Origin: an uncultured Candidatus Rokubacteria bacterium
Lineage (GTDB): Bacteria; Methylomirabilota; Methylomirabilia; Rokubacteriales; CSP1-6
Assembly (NCBI GenBank): GCA_963747235.1
Contig: CAVVEU010000031.1
Coordinates: 83,467-147,466, forward strand
DNA length: 64,000 bases
Reading direction: 5' to 3'
The translations under genes were made by a program, and so were the position numbers. The notes below the pieces were generated by a model. That model made no database searches, had not been told where the DNA came from, and was given only the letters and a program-made list of their open reading frames with translations. Position 1 is the first letter of the stretch; each line of letters starts with the position of its first letter. Positions 20,861-29,715 of this stretch are shown here, one piece after another.

Positions 20861-21796
20861 CTACTCGACCAGGAGCCGCTCGGCCTTTCGGGGCAGCTTC
20901 ACCTTCGCGGGGAGCGGCGCCCGAGCCCGGATCAGCTCGAGGCTGCGCTCGAGTGTCTCCGCGGTGACTCGGCCGTCGGCGAGGAAGAGGTCACGGGCGC
21001 CTCGAAGACGCAGGGCGAAGTCGCCCGGCGAGCCGATCACCGACGACGGAAGCGAGGCCTGGAGCGCGGCCGGCTCGGCCGAGATCGTCCGGGCCACCGC
21101 GGCCTGGAGCGCGGCCCGCAGGGCCTGGATCGTGGCCGCCGACGGCTCGGCGCCGGCTTTCGCGAAGAGCGCCGCGCCCACGGTGGGGCCGCCGAGCACC
21201 GCCGCCCAGTCCTTGGCGGCGCGCAGGTCCACCGCGATCACCGCCTTGCCGCCTTCGACCAGCCGGCTCACGTGCGGTTCTCCGAGCACGCCGGCCGCCA
21301 CCTCGCCGCCCTCGAGCGCCCGCACGACGCCCCGCTCGCCCAGGCTCAGGACCTTGAGATGGTGCATCGCCACGCCGGCGCGCGCGAGCAGCAGTCCGAG
21401 CGCCTGGTCCTCCGCGCTGCCGGGCGCCGGGATGGCGACGGTCTGCCCGACCAGATCGGCCACGGAGCGGATGCTGTCGGCGCGGCCGGGCGCGACGAGC
21501 AGCGCGACGGGCGGCGCGGCGGTGAGGGCCCAGACGAGCCGCGGCGGCACGCCCTCGGTCCCGCCGAGCCGCAGCGCCGTGTCGAGCGAGGTCGCCGCGA
21601 GCTGCGCCTGCCCGGTGGCCAGCATCTCGGCCGCGGCGGCGTCCGAGCGCGTGGATCGGAGTGTCACGGTGAGCTGCCGGGCGGTGAAGAGCCCTTCGGC
21701 CTGGGCCACGTGCAGCGGCAGGTACTCGGGTGACGTGGCCGGCCCCGCCACCGCGATCGTGAGCGAGGCCTGCAGCAGCACCAGCCAGGCGATCAT
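20861..21796 (-). CDS. ABC transporter substrate-binding protein (NMT1/SsuA-like), no permease genes in window
   Basis: Short signal-like N-terminus, [30 protein letters not shown]. Confidence 0.75.
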   Translation of the reverse strand: MIAWLVLLQASLTIAVAGPATSPEYLPLHVAQAEGLFTARQLTVTLRSTRSDAAAAEMLATGQAQLAATSLDTALRLGGTEGVPPRLVWALTAAPPVALLVAPGRADSIRSVADLVGQTVAIPAPGSAEDQALGLLLARAGVAMHHLKVLSLGERGVVRALEGGEVAAGVLGEPHVSRLVEGGKAVIAVDLRAAKDWAAVLGGPTVGAALFAKAGAEPSAATIQALRAALQAAVARTISAEPAALQASLPSSVIGSPGDFALRLRGARDLFLADGRVTAETLERSLELIRARAPLPAKVKLPRKAERLLVE

Positions 21797-22912
21797 GCCC
21801 CGGTCGGAGCCGCCACGTCGAAGATCACCCGCGCGATGCGATCGGCCGCGTCGGGCACGGCGAGGCTCCGGGCCCGCTCTCCCATCGCCGCGAGGGCCGT
21901 ACGGTCCGACAGGAGGCGCGCCACGGCCTCTACAAGCCCGTCAGGCGTGAGCGAGACCTGGGGGAATACCACGGCCCCTCCCGCGGCCTCCACGAGGCGT
22001 GCGTTGGCCGTCTGCTCGTCCCCGCTGGTGCCGGGCAGCGGGACGTAGAGGGCGGCGAGGCCGAGCTGGCAGCACTCGTTGACCGTGCCCGCGCCGCTGC
22101 GCCCGACGACGAGCGCGGCCGCCGCGTAGACGTCGCGCAGCTCGGCCCCGACGTAGGCGGTCAAGGCGTAGCGGCGGCGGAGCGATTCCGGCAGCGCCTG
22201 GGCGCGCTCGGCGAGCCAGGCTCGATCGCCGGTCTTCGCGTTGTCGCCGCACTGGTGGATGACCTGGCAGACCTCGAGCAGGCGAGGCAGCGCGGCGCCG
22301 ACGTCGCGGTTGATCCGGTGCGCGCCCAGCGCGCCGCCCGTCACGTACACGATCGGGAGCGAGGTGATCCAGGTTGAACCGACGGTGGGCATCCGCCGGG
22401 ATCCCGCCGAGCAGCTCCTGCCGGAGCGGGTTGCCGGTGAGCACGGTGCGCTCCTTCGGGAACTCGGCGCCGGTGAGCGGGAACGTGAGCGCGATGCGGC
22501 GGGCGAAGCGGCCGGCCACGCGGTTGGCGAGTCCGGGCACGCTGGTCTGCTCGTGAATGACCAGCGGGATGCGGAGCGTGCGGGCGGCGAGGGCCGGCGG
22601 CAGCGCGACGAAGCCGCCGGTGGCGAGGAGCAGCGCCGGCCGCAGGCGCCGGAGCAGCCGCCACGACTGCGCCAGGCCGGCGGGCGCCCGCACCGCGAGG
22701 TCGGGCACGTTCTGCCAGTCCCAGTAGCGGCGGAGCTTACCCACCGGAATGGTGTGGAACGTGATCCCGGCCTCGGGCACGCGCTTGGCCTCGATGCCCG
22801 CCCGGCTGCCGATCCAGTGCACATCCACGCCCGACTCGCGCAGCCGCGCCGCCACGGCGAGCCCCGGGCTCGTGTGGCCCCCGGTCCCGCCTCCCGCGAT
22901 GACTACACGCAT
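21793..22912 (-). CDS. murG: MurG-family glycosyltransferase (frameshift near 22370)
   Basis: [48 protein letters not shown]. Confidence 0.9.
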
Positions 22913-22979
22913 GCGGACGGGTTCTTCGGCGGGGACCTGCTGTCGTACCGGGTTCGGACGTTCTCCACGGACTCTTCAA

Positions 22980-23005
22980 TGCGGGGGCCAGTCATGGCCC
23001 CCGCA
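22980..23005. repeat. GC-rich hairpin between ddl and murG
   Basis: TGCGGGGGCCA-GTCA-TGGCCCCCGCA, an 11-bp perfect stem with no U-tract. Confidence 0.55.
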
Positions 23006-23070
23006 CTCTCCCCAGTCCGACGGAGCAACCGTTCCGAGCAGGCCCGAGCGCCCGCGCACCCCGCGCCCCG

Positions 23071-24189
23071 TCACCGGCGCTCGAGCGCCAGGTCGATCAG
23101 GCGGGCGATCAGCTCGGGGTAGGGGATGCCCGAGGCTTCCCAGAGGCGCGGGTAGGCGCTGGTCGCGGTGAAGCCGGGGATCGTGTTGATCTCGTTCACG
23201 AGCACGCGCCGATCGCCCTCGACGAAGAAGTCCACGCGCGCCATGCCCGCGCAGTCGGTGGCGCGGAAGGCGCGCAGGGCCAGCGAGCGGATCTCCTCCG
23301 TGACCTCGGGCGACAGCGGCGCCGGCACCTTGAACGTGGTCTGCCCCGCGCCGTACTTGGTGTCGTAGTCGTACCACTCGCCGGGGAAGCAGACCTCGCC
23401 GGGCACGGAGACTTGCGGCTCGTCGTTGCCGAGCACCGCGACCTCCACCTCGCGCGCCTGGATCCCGCGCTCGACGATGATGCGGCGGTCGTGGCGCGCG
23501 GCCAGGTCGATGGCGGCGGGCAGATCCTCGGCCGCCTTCACCTTGCTGATGCCGACGCTCGAGCCCAGGTTCGCCGGCTTGACGAAGCACGGGAAGCCGA
23601 TCTCCTTCGCGATGCCGCGCGCGATGGCGGCGGGCTCGCGCTCCCAGTCGTGCCGGCGCACCACCGCGTACTCCACGATGGGCAGCCCATGGGCGCGGAA
23701 GAGATCCTTCATGGCGACCTTGTCCATGCCGACCGCGGAGGCGAGCACGCCCGCGCCGGTGTACGGCACGCCGGCGAGCTGCAGGAGTCCCTGCACGGTG
23801 CCGTCCTCGCCCTGCGGGCCGTGGAGCAGGACCAGGACGACGTCGAGCCGGTCGCGGAGGCCGGGCGGCAGCCCTTCGGACGTCTCCATGCGCATGAGCG
23901 AGGTGCCGGTGGCCTGGGCGGCGGCGCGCTCGAGCAGCTCGTGCTTGGTGTGCGCGTCGGGATCGCCCGACGCCAGGGCGAGCTGGGCGGCTTCCCCGGC
24001 CAGGGCGCGCAGCGGGTCGCCGCCCATGAGCCAGCGGCCGTCCTTGGCGATGCCGATGGGCACCAGCTCGAAGCGGTTCTTGTCCATCGCCGCCATCACG
24101 GAGGCGGCGCCGGCCAGGGAGACCTCGTGCTCGCCCGAGCGGCCGCCGAAGACCACCCCTACCCGGAGCTTGCGGGGCTTTTCCGCCAT
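23071..24189 (-). CDS. ddl: D-alanine--D-alanine ligase
   Basis: GGRSGEHEVS, LHGPQGEDGTVQG, FVKPANLGSSVG, YDYDTKY, NEINTIPGFT. Confidence 0.96.
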   Translation of the reverse strand: MAEKPRKLRVGVVFGGRSGEHEVSLAGAASVMAAMDKNRFELVPIGIAKDGRWLMGGDPLRALAGEAAQLALASGDPDAHTKHELLERAAAQATGTSLMRMETSEGLPPGLRDRLDVVLVLLHGPQGEDGTVQGLLQLAGVPYTGAGVLASAVGMDKVAMKDLFRAHGLPIVEYAVVRRHDWEREPAAIARGIAKEIGFPCFVKPANLGSSVGISKVKAAEDLPAAIDLAARHDRRIIVERGIQAREVEVAVLGNDEPQVSVPGEVCFPGEWYDYDTKYGAGQTTFKVPAPLSPEVTEEIRSLALRAFRATDCAGMARVDFFVEGDRRVLVNEINTIPGFTATSAYPRLWEASGIPYPELIARLIDLALERR

Positions 24190-24202
24190 GAATTTAGTTG
24201 TA

Positions 24203-25432
24203 TCAGACCACGGTTTTCCGGGGGGAGAACTCCTTGAAGCCCACCGCGAGCGGCCCGGCCAGGGCCACCACGCCCAGCACCCCGAAGGCCCAGAGCCAGC
24301 GGGAATCCGGGGAGGCGCCGAGCGCGGGCGCCCAGTCGAGCATCGCGCCGAAGACGGCCGGGCCGAGCGCGCCGGCCGCGAAGCCCGCCGAGGACTGCAG
24401 CGCCATCGTGCGGCCGAGATAGGCCGGCTCGGCGACGTCGGCGATGCCGGTGGACACCATGGCCGACTCCGCGGTCACCAGGATCCCGTAGACCAGCCCG
24501 AGGGCCACGAGGGCCGGGAACGGCCAGCCGAGTCCCCAGCCGATCGTGAGCGAGCAGGCGGCGGAGCACAGCATCACGATGCTGATGGGCCGGGCCCGAC
24601 CGAAGCGGTCCACGATGAGGCCGGAGAAGGGATGCGGCAGGGCGCCGATGGCCAGCACCGCCGAGGCGGCGTACGCGGCCTCCTGCGTGGCCGCCGCGAG
24701 GCCGGCGCCCGCCGCCATCAGGCTCGCGGTGAAGAACGGCGCGATCCAGAGGCGCATGCCCATCAGCTCGAAGGTGTGGGCCACGTAGGCGGTGATGAGC
24801 CGGAGCGCGCTCGGGTTGCGGAGCACGGGACCGAACCCGCCGCCGCGCGACGGGCTCGCGGGCGCCGCCGGCCGCGGCGTCTCGTCGGGCAGGACCCAGT
24901 AGCCGATGAGCACGGCCACGGCGGGCCCGAGCGCGGTCACCGCGAAGGCCGCCCGCCAGCCCCAGAGGCCATTGGCCAGGCCGGTGACCAGCAGCGAGAT
25001 CGAGGTGCCGAGCGTGAACGTGCCGATGTAGCAGCCCATGGCGAACCCGCGCCGGCCGTGCGCGAAGCGCTCGGCCACCATGCGCATGCCGGGCATGTAG
25101 GTGCCCGCCAGGCCCAGGCCCACCAGGGTGCGCAGCACGAGGGCCGAGAGGAAGCCGTCCGCCCACCACGCGAAGGCCACGCTGGTGAGCGCCGTCCACG
25201 CGGCGCTCGCCAGGTAGATTCGCCGCGGCGCCATGTAGTCGGTGAGCGTGGCCAGGACCGCCACGACGCCGATGTAGCCCACCTGGTAGAAGGCGAGGAT
25301 GAGCCCGGCCTCCGTGTTGGAGAGCCCCCACTCGACCTTGAGGAGCGGCAGGAGCGCCGAGAAGCTCTGGAAGACGAGCATGGTGCCCAGCTCGGCGAGG
25401 CAGATCGCCAGGAGCCAGGCGCGATCGCTCAC
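24203..25432 (-). CDS. MFS transporter
   Basis: GTG 25432 (VSDRAWLL) overlaps the rarA stop; about 12 TM segments; [15 protein letters not shown]. Confidence 0.88.
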   Translation of the reverse strand: MSDRAWLLAICLAELGTMLVFQSFSALLPLLKVEWGLSNTEAGLILAFYQVGYIGVVAVLATLTDYMAPRRIYLASAAWTALTSVAFAWWADGFLSALVLRTLVGLGLAGTYMPGMRMVAERFAHGRRGFAMGCYIGTFTLGTSISLLVTGLANGLWGWRAAFAVTALGPAVAVLIGYWVLPDETPRPAAPASPSRGGGFGPVLRNPSALRLITAYVAHTFELMGMRLWIAPFFTASLMAAGAGLAAATQEAAYAASAVLAIGALPHPFSGLIVDRFGRARPISIVMLCSAACSLTIGWGLGWPFPALVALGLVYGILVTAESAMVSTGIADVAEPAYLGRTMALQSSAGFAAGALGPAVFGAMLDWAPALGASPDSRWLWAFGVLGVVALAGPLAVGFKEFSPRKTVV

Positions 25433-26752
25433 GCGCGCTTCTGCTTCTCCCGCCAGGCCCGCCACTTGGCCAGGCGCTCCGCGATCTCCTTCTCCGCGCC
25501 GCGCTCGGTGGGCCGGTAGTAGACGCGCCCGCGCAGGGCGTCGGGCAGGTGCTCCTGGCTCACCTGCGCGTCGGGCGCGTCGTGGGCGTACTGGTAGCCG
25601 CGGCCGTAGCCCAGGTTGCTCATGAGGCCGGTCGGCGCGTTCCGCAGGTGCAGCGGCACCGGCTCGGCCGGCTTCTCCTGGATGTCGTGGCGCGACCGCG
25701 TTCCAGGCCGCGTAGACCGCGTTCGACTTCGGCGCCAGCGCGAGGTAGCAGGTGGCCTGCGCCAGGGCCAGCTCGCCCTCCGGCGTGCCGAGGAAGTGGT
25801 AGGCCTCCTTGGCGTCGAGCGTCACGCGCAGCGCGGCCGGATCCGCGTTGCCCACGTCCTCCGAGGCGAAGCGCACGAGCCGCCGCGCCACGTAGAGCGG
25901 GTCCTCGCCCGCCTCCAGCATGCGGCCGAGCCAGTAGAGCGCGCCGTCGGGATCGGAGTCGCGCAGCGACTTGTGGAGCGCGGAGATCAGGTTGTAGTGC
26001 TGCTCGCCCGACTTGTCGTAGAGCAGGGTCTTCTTCTGCACCGCGTCGCGCACCGCCGCCTGGGTCACGCGGGCGCCCGGATCGCTCGCCGCGATCTCCA
26101 GCACGTTGAGCGCGGTGCGCGCGTCGCCGTCGGAGAGCCGCGCGATGAGGGCCAGCGCGTCGGGCTCGGCGGTGGCGCGGCCGGCGCCCAGGCCGCGCTC
26201 GGCATCGGCGAGCGCGCGCTCCAGGATGGCCACCAGGTCGGCCTCGGCGAGCGGGCGGAGCACGTAGACGCGGCAGCGCGACAGGAGCGCGCCGTTCACC
26301 TCGAACGACGGGTTCTCGGTGGTGGCGCCGATCAGCACGATGGTGCCCTTCTCGACGTAGGGCAGGAAGGCGTCCTGCTGCGCGCGGTTGAAGCGGTGGA
26401 TCTCGTCCACGAAGAGGATCGTGCGCTGCCCGCGCCGGCCGCCCTCGGCTTCCGCCTCGGTCATCACCTGGCGGATCTCCTTCACGCCCGACACCACCGC
26501 CGAGAACGGCACGAAGCGGGCGCCCGCCACGTCGGCCAGGAGGCGCGCCAGCGTGGTCTTGCCGGTGCCGGGCGGGCCCCAGAGGATCATCGAGTGGAGC
26601 TGGCCCTCCTCGAGGGCGCGCCGCAGCGGCTTGCCGGGCTCGGTGAGCTGCGGCTGGCCGACGACCTCGTCGAGGCTCGTCGGGCGCATGCGGTCGGCCA
26701 GCGGCGCGGGCGCCTTCGGGGCGGAGGACGGCGGCGTGTCGAACAGGTCCAC
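25429..26752 (-). CDS. rarA: Replication-associated recombination protein A (frameshift near 25695)
   Basis: [37 protein letters not shown]; C-terminal [16 protein letters not shown] in the shifted frame. Confidence 0.95.
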
Positions 26753-26769
26753 GCCGCGAATTATACGCA

Positions 26770-26805
26770 CCCTCTCCCCTCAGGGGAGAGGGCAAGGGTG
26801 AGGGG
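26770..26805. repeat. REP-like CCCTCTCCC/GGGAGAGGG palindrome (half unit)
   Basis: CCCTCTCCCC-TCA-GGGGAGAGGG-CAAGGGTGAGGGG; same family as 48554-48630. Confidence 0.75.
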
Positions 26806-26827
26806 CCCTGGAGGTGAGGGGTGGTGT

Positions 26828-27463
26828 CTAGGCCAGCGCCGCGGGGAGATCGAGCAGCGAGTGGATCTCCGCCGCGATCACGACCCCGCGCTGCTCCATC
26901 TCGGCCCGGTCGGGGCGATAGGCGATGAAGGGCACGCCGCCGGCCAGGGCGGCCGCGCCGTCCACCCACGAATCGCCCACGACCACGATCTGCTCGGCGT
27001 CCGGCCAGCGCTCCCGCACCACGCGCAGGCCGTCCGGATCGGGCTTGAGCCGGCGCATCTCGTCGCGGGTGACGATGAGATCGAGGTGCGGGAGCAGCTC
27101 GAAGCGCGCGAGGACGAAGTCCGCGACCACCCGGTCGTTGTTGGTCCAGATGGCGGTGGCGAAGCCGAGATCCTTCATCGCGGCCACCGTCTCGCGCGCG
27201 AAGGGCACGAGGGTCGCCTCCGCCATGGCCCGCCGCTCGTGCGCGACCGGGATCGCGAGCAGCTCGGCCTCGAGGTGCGCGGCCTCGCGCCGCACCAGGT
27301 CGAACAGCTCGGCGCCCGACCAGCGGAGCGCCCGCGCGGGCACCGCGATGCCGCGGGCGCGCACGAAGGCCTCCATGTCACGGCCCACGGCCTTCAGATC
27401 GAGCGGGGAGTTGACCAGCGTGTGGTCGAGATCGAAGACGCAGACCGCCGGCGCGGCGCCTAT
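26828..27463 (-). CDS. HAD-family hydrolase (ATA start proposed)
   Basis: FDLDHTLV, WTNN, KPDPDG, VGDSWVDG; GGAGG lies 7 nt before ATA 27463. Confidence 0.85.
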   Translation of the reverse strand: MGAAPAVCVFDLDHTLVNSPLDLKAVGRDMEAFVRARGIAVPARALRWSGAELFDLVRREAAHLEAELLAIPVAHERRAMAEATLVPFARETVAAMKDLGFATAIWTNNDRVVADFVLARFELLPHLDLIVTRDEMRRLKPDPDGLRVVRERWPDAEQIVVVGDSWVDGAAALAGGVPFIAYRPDRAEMEQRGVVIAAEIHSLLDLPAALA

Positions 27464-27617
27464 GCCACGGCCTCCGGCTCGTCGAGCACCAGCGCGCACA
27501 GGAGATCGGAGTGGGTGAGGATGCCCACGAGCCGGTCGTCCTCGGTCATGAGGGCCTCGGGCGCGCCCGCGGCGTCACGGTCAGCGGCGCCGGCGTCATC
27601 GCCTCGCGTGCGTTCAC
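27460..27617 (-). pseudogene. Internally deleted CBS-domain remnant
   Basis: VNAREAMTPAPLTVTP, then in another frame EDDRLVGILTHSDLLCAL; the CBS middle helix is missing. Confidence 0.55.
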
Positions 27618-28615
27618 GCCCGCTCCCCGTCGAGCTGGGCCAGCACGTCCCGCAGCAGGTCCACGCCGCCGGTGTCGAGCCGCCGGTCGGCCAGGATCAC
27701 CTCCACGTCGTGGGGCACCCGCTCGCGGATGCGCCCGGCGGCCTGCTCGGAGCAGACCACGATGCGCGTCTTCTCGAGCAGGCGGTCGATGGACCACGGA
27801 TCGTCGGCCGCGGCGAGGATCGGCACCAGGTGCGAGAGCCCGGCGGACTGCACCGAGCTCAGCAGGTTCTGGCTGCCGCGCGACGTGTTGCAGATCAGCC
27901 CGACCGTCGTACCTTCCGCCAGCTCGGTCAGGCGCAGCAGCGAGGCGATGTTCGACTCCGAGAGCAGCGCGACGGTGGGCGGCCCGTCGAGCGGCAGCGC
28001 CTGCTTGACCTCGTGGATGTGGAAGAACGTGGTGATCACCACGCGGTAGCCCGCGAGGAAGCCCGGCTCCCGCAGGCGCGCGTCGAGCTCCTCCACGAGC
28101 AGCCGGTCCACGATGATCGGCAGCTCTTCCTCGAGCTGCTCGCGATAGCGCGTCAGCTCGGGGTGATTGCACTCGACCAGCAGCGTGCGCACCTTGGCCC
28201 GTCGCGCGGAGCGCGCCGCCGGAGCCTGGCCGGCGATGGTCGCGGCGAGCTCCTCGTGCGTGAAGCCCAGGCGCCGCGCCCGCTCGAGCGTCTCCTCTAC
28301 GAGCCGCTCGAGGCTGCGCGCGGCCCGGCCCTCGTGTGCGGGCGGCCGGTCGGCCACGAACGTGCCGCGGCCCTGGTGGCTCGCCAGGTACCCGTCCTGG
28401 TCGAGGTCGGCCAGCGCGCGCGCCACCGTGTTGCGGTTGATCCGGAGAAAGCCCGCGAGCTGGCGCACGGTGGGGAGCTGCATCCCCGGCTTCAGCGAGC
28501 CGATATTGATCAGGTGCCGGATCTGGGTTTGGAGCTGGACGTGGACGGGCACCGTGCTCTTCCGGTTGACCCGGAGCCCCGAGGGCGGGGTGATCTGCGA
28601 GGCTTCGCGCGCCAC
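27614..28615 (-). CDS. GntR-family transcriptional regulator with long C-terminal domain
   Basis: QLPTVRQLAGFLRINRNTVARA..GRGTFV wHTH (YtrA-like); GAGGGGAG SD before GTG 28615. Confidence 0.9.
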   Translation of the reverse strand: MAREASQITPPSGLRVNRKSTVPVHVQLQTQIRHLINIGSLKPGMQLPTVRQLAGFLRINRNTVARALADLDQDGYLASHQGRGTFVADRPPAHEGRAARSLERLVEETLERARRLGFTHEELAATIAGQAPAARSARRAKVRTLLVECNHPELTRYREQLEEELPIIVDRLLVEELDARLREPGFLAGYRVVITTFFHIHEVKQALPLDGPPTVALLSESNIASLLRLTELAEGTTVGLICNTSRGSQNLLSSVQSAGLSHLVPILAAADDPWSIDRLLEKTRIVVCSEQAAGRIRERVPHDVEVILADRRLDTGGVDLLRDVLAQLDGERA

Positions 28616-28629
28616 GTCCGCGGCTCCCC

Positions 28630-28836
28630 TCAGGCCGTAGCTCGTCGCGGTCCGGCGGCCGGCTTGGGCGCCCGCCCGGCCACCCAGTGCCCGACCTTGA
28701 TGAGCGCGAACCCGACCGCGACCCGCACGGGACGGCGCGCCGGCCGGAGCTTTCGGAGGAGGGCCAGGTGGGCCGCCAACGCCCGGGCCTCGTCCAGCCG
28801 CTCTCTGACCAGTTGCTCGTGCAGGTGCGTATTCAT
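28630..28836 (-). CDS. Small 68-aa protein heading the GntR operon
   Basis: AAGGAG upstream, directly downstream of a consensus promoter, stop 14 nt before the GntR start. Confidence 0.65.
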   Translation of the reverse strand: MNTHLHEQLVRERLDEARALAAHLALLRKLRPARRPVRVAVGFALIKVGHWVAGRAPKPAAGPRRATA

Positions 28837-28881
28837 CTCCGATCTCCTTGATCGTGCGCCTTGGTTGCGGGAGCAGGTCGA

Positions 28882-28972
28882 TTGTCCCTAGGACAACTAG
28901 ACGTCGGCTCACCCCGCAAGGCTTAGTGTCTTAGTGTCCTATAACACTAAGACACTATACGGGAGATGTCAA
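28882..28972 (-). promoter_or_regulatory. Sigma70 promoter overlapped by a palindromic operator
   Basis: TTGACA (28972-28967), 17 nt, TAGTGT (28949-28944); 14-bp inverted repeats at 28924-28937 and 28944-28957; second palindrome TTGTCC-CTA-GGACAA at 28882-28896. Confidence 0.85.
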
Positions 28973-28986
28973 GTTTTCCGCGGAGC

Positions 28987-29715
28987 CTACTCGGCGGCCA
29001 GGCGGTAGCCCACGCCCGGCTCGGTCAGTAGGTACCGGGGCCGAGCGGGCTCATACTCGAGCTTGCGGCGCAGGGCCCCCATGTAGACGCGGAGATAGTG
29101 GGCCTGGTCGGTGTGAGATGGCCCCCACACTTCCTTTAATAGGTGCCGCTGGCTCAGGACTCGGCCGGCGTGCTTGACCAGAGCGGTCAGCAGCCGGTAC
29201 TCGATCGGGGTCAGGTGGACGTCCTTGCCGTCGAGCTGGACCTGGCGCTTGACCTGGTCGACTCGGAGACCGCCCACGGTGAAGATAGGCTCGCCCGACT
29301 CGCCGCCCGCCGCGTGGCGCAACGCGACCCGCAGGCGCGCGAGCAGCTCCCCCACCGCGAACGGCTTGCTGACGAAATCGTCGGCGCCGGCGTCGAGAGC
29401 CGCGACCTTGTCGCGCTCCTGGCCCCGCGCGGAGAGCACGATGATGGGCACGCGGCTCCACTCTCGCAGCCGCCGGATCACCTCCAGGCCGTCCAGATCG
29501 GGCAGGCCCAGGTCCAGGATGACGACGTCGGGCTGGCGGCTCGCCGCCTCGATCAGCCCGTCCTCACCGGAGGTCGCCTCGTACAGCCGGTAGCCCTGAG
29601 TGCCGAGGGTGGCGCGCAGGAACCGGCGGATCTGGGGCTCGTCCTCGATGAGGACGACGACCGGCGGGGGTGCCGGTGCGGGCGTTCTCGCGGCCGGCTC
29701 GGGCTCAGGCGGCAT
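28987..29715 (-). CDS. kdpE: KdpE response regulator
   Basis: LDLGLPDLDG, HLTPIEYRLL, YLRVYMGALRRKLE..P.YLLTEPGVGYR. Confidence 0.95.
   Translation of the reverse strand: MPPEPEPAARTPAPAPPPVVVLIEDEPQIRRFLRATLGTQGYRLYEATSGEDGLIEAASRQPDVVILDLGLPDLDGLEVIRRLREWSRVPIIVLSARGQERDKVAALDAGADDFVSKPFAVGELLARLRVALRHAAGGESGEPIFTVGGLRVDQVKRQVQLDGKDVHLTPIEYRLLTALVKHAGRVLSQRHLLKEVWGPSHTDQAHYLRVYMGALRRKLEYEPARPRYLLTEPGVGYRLAAE

Noticed and set aside
24203-26770. RarA-MFS fusion
   Set aside because: The RarA C-terminus lies in another frame (25429-25659) and the MFS starts at a GTGA overlap.
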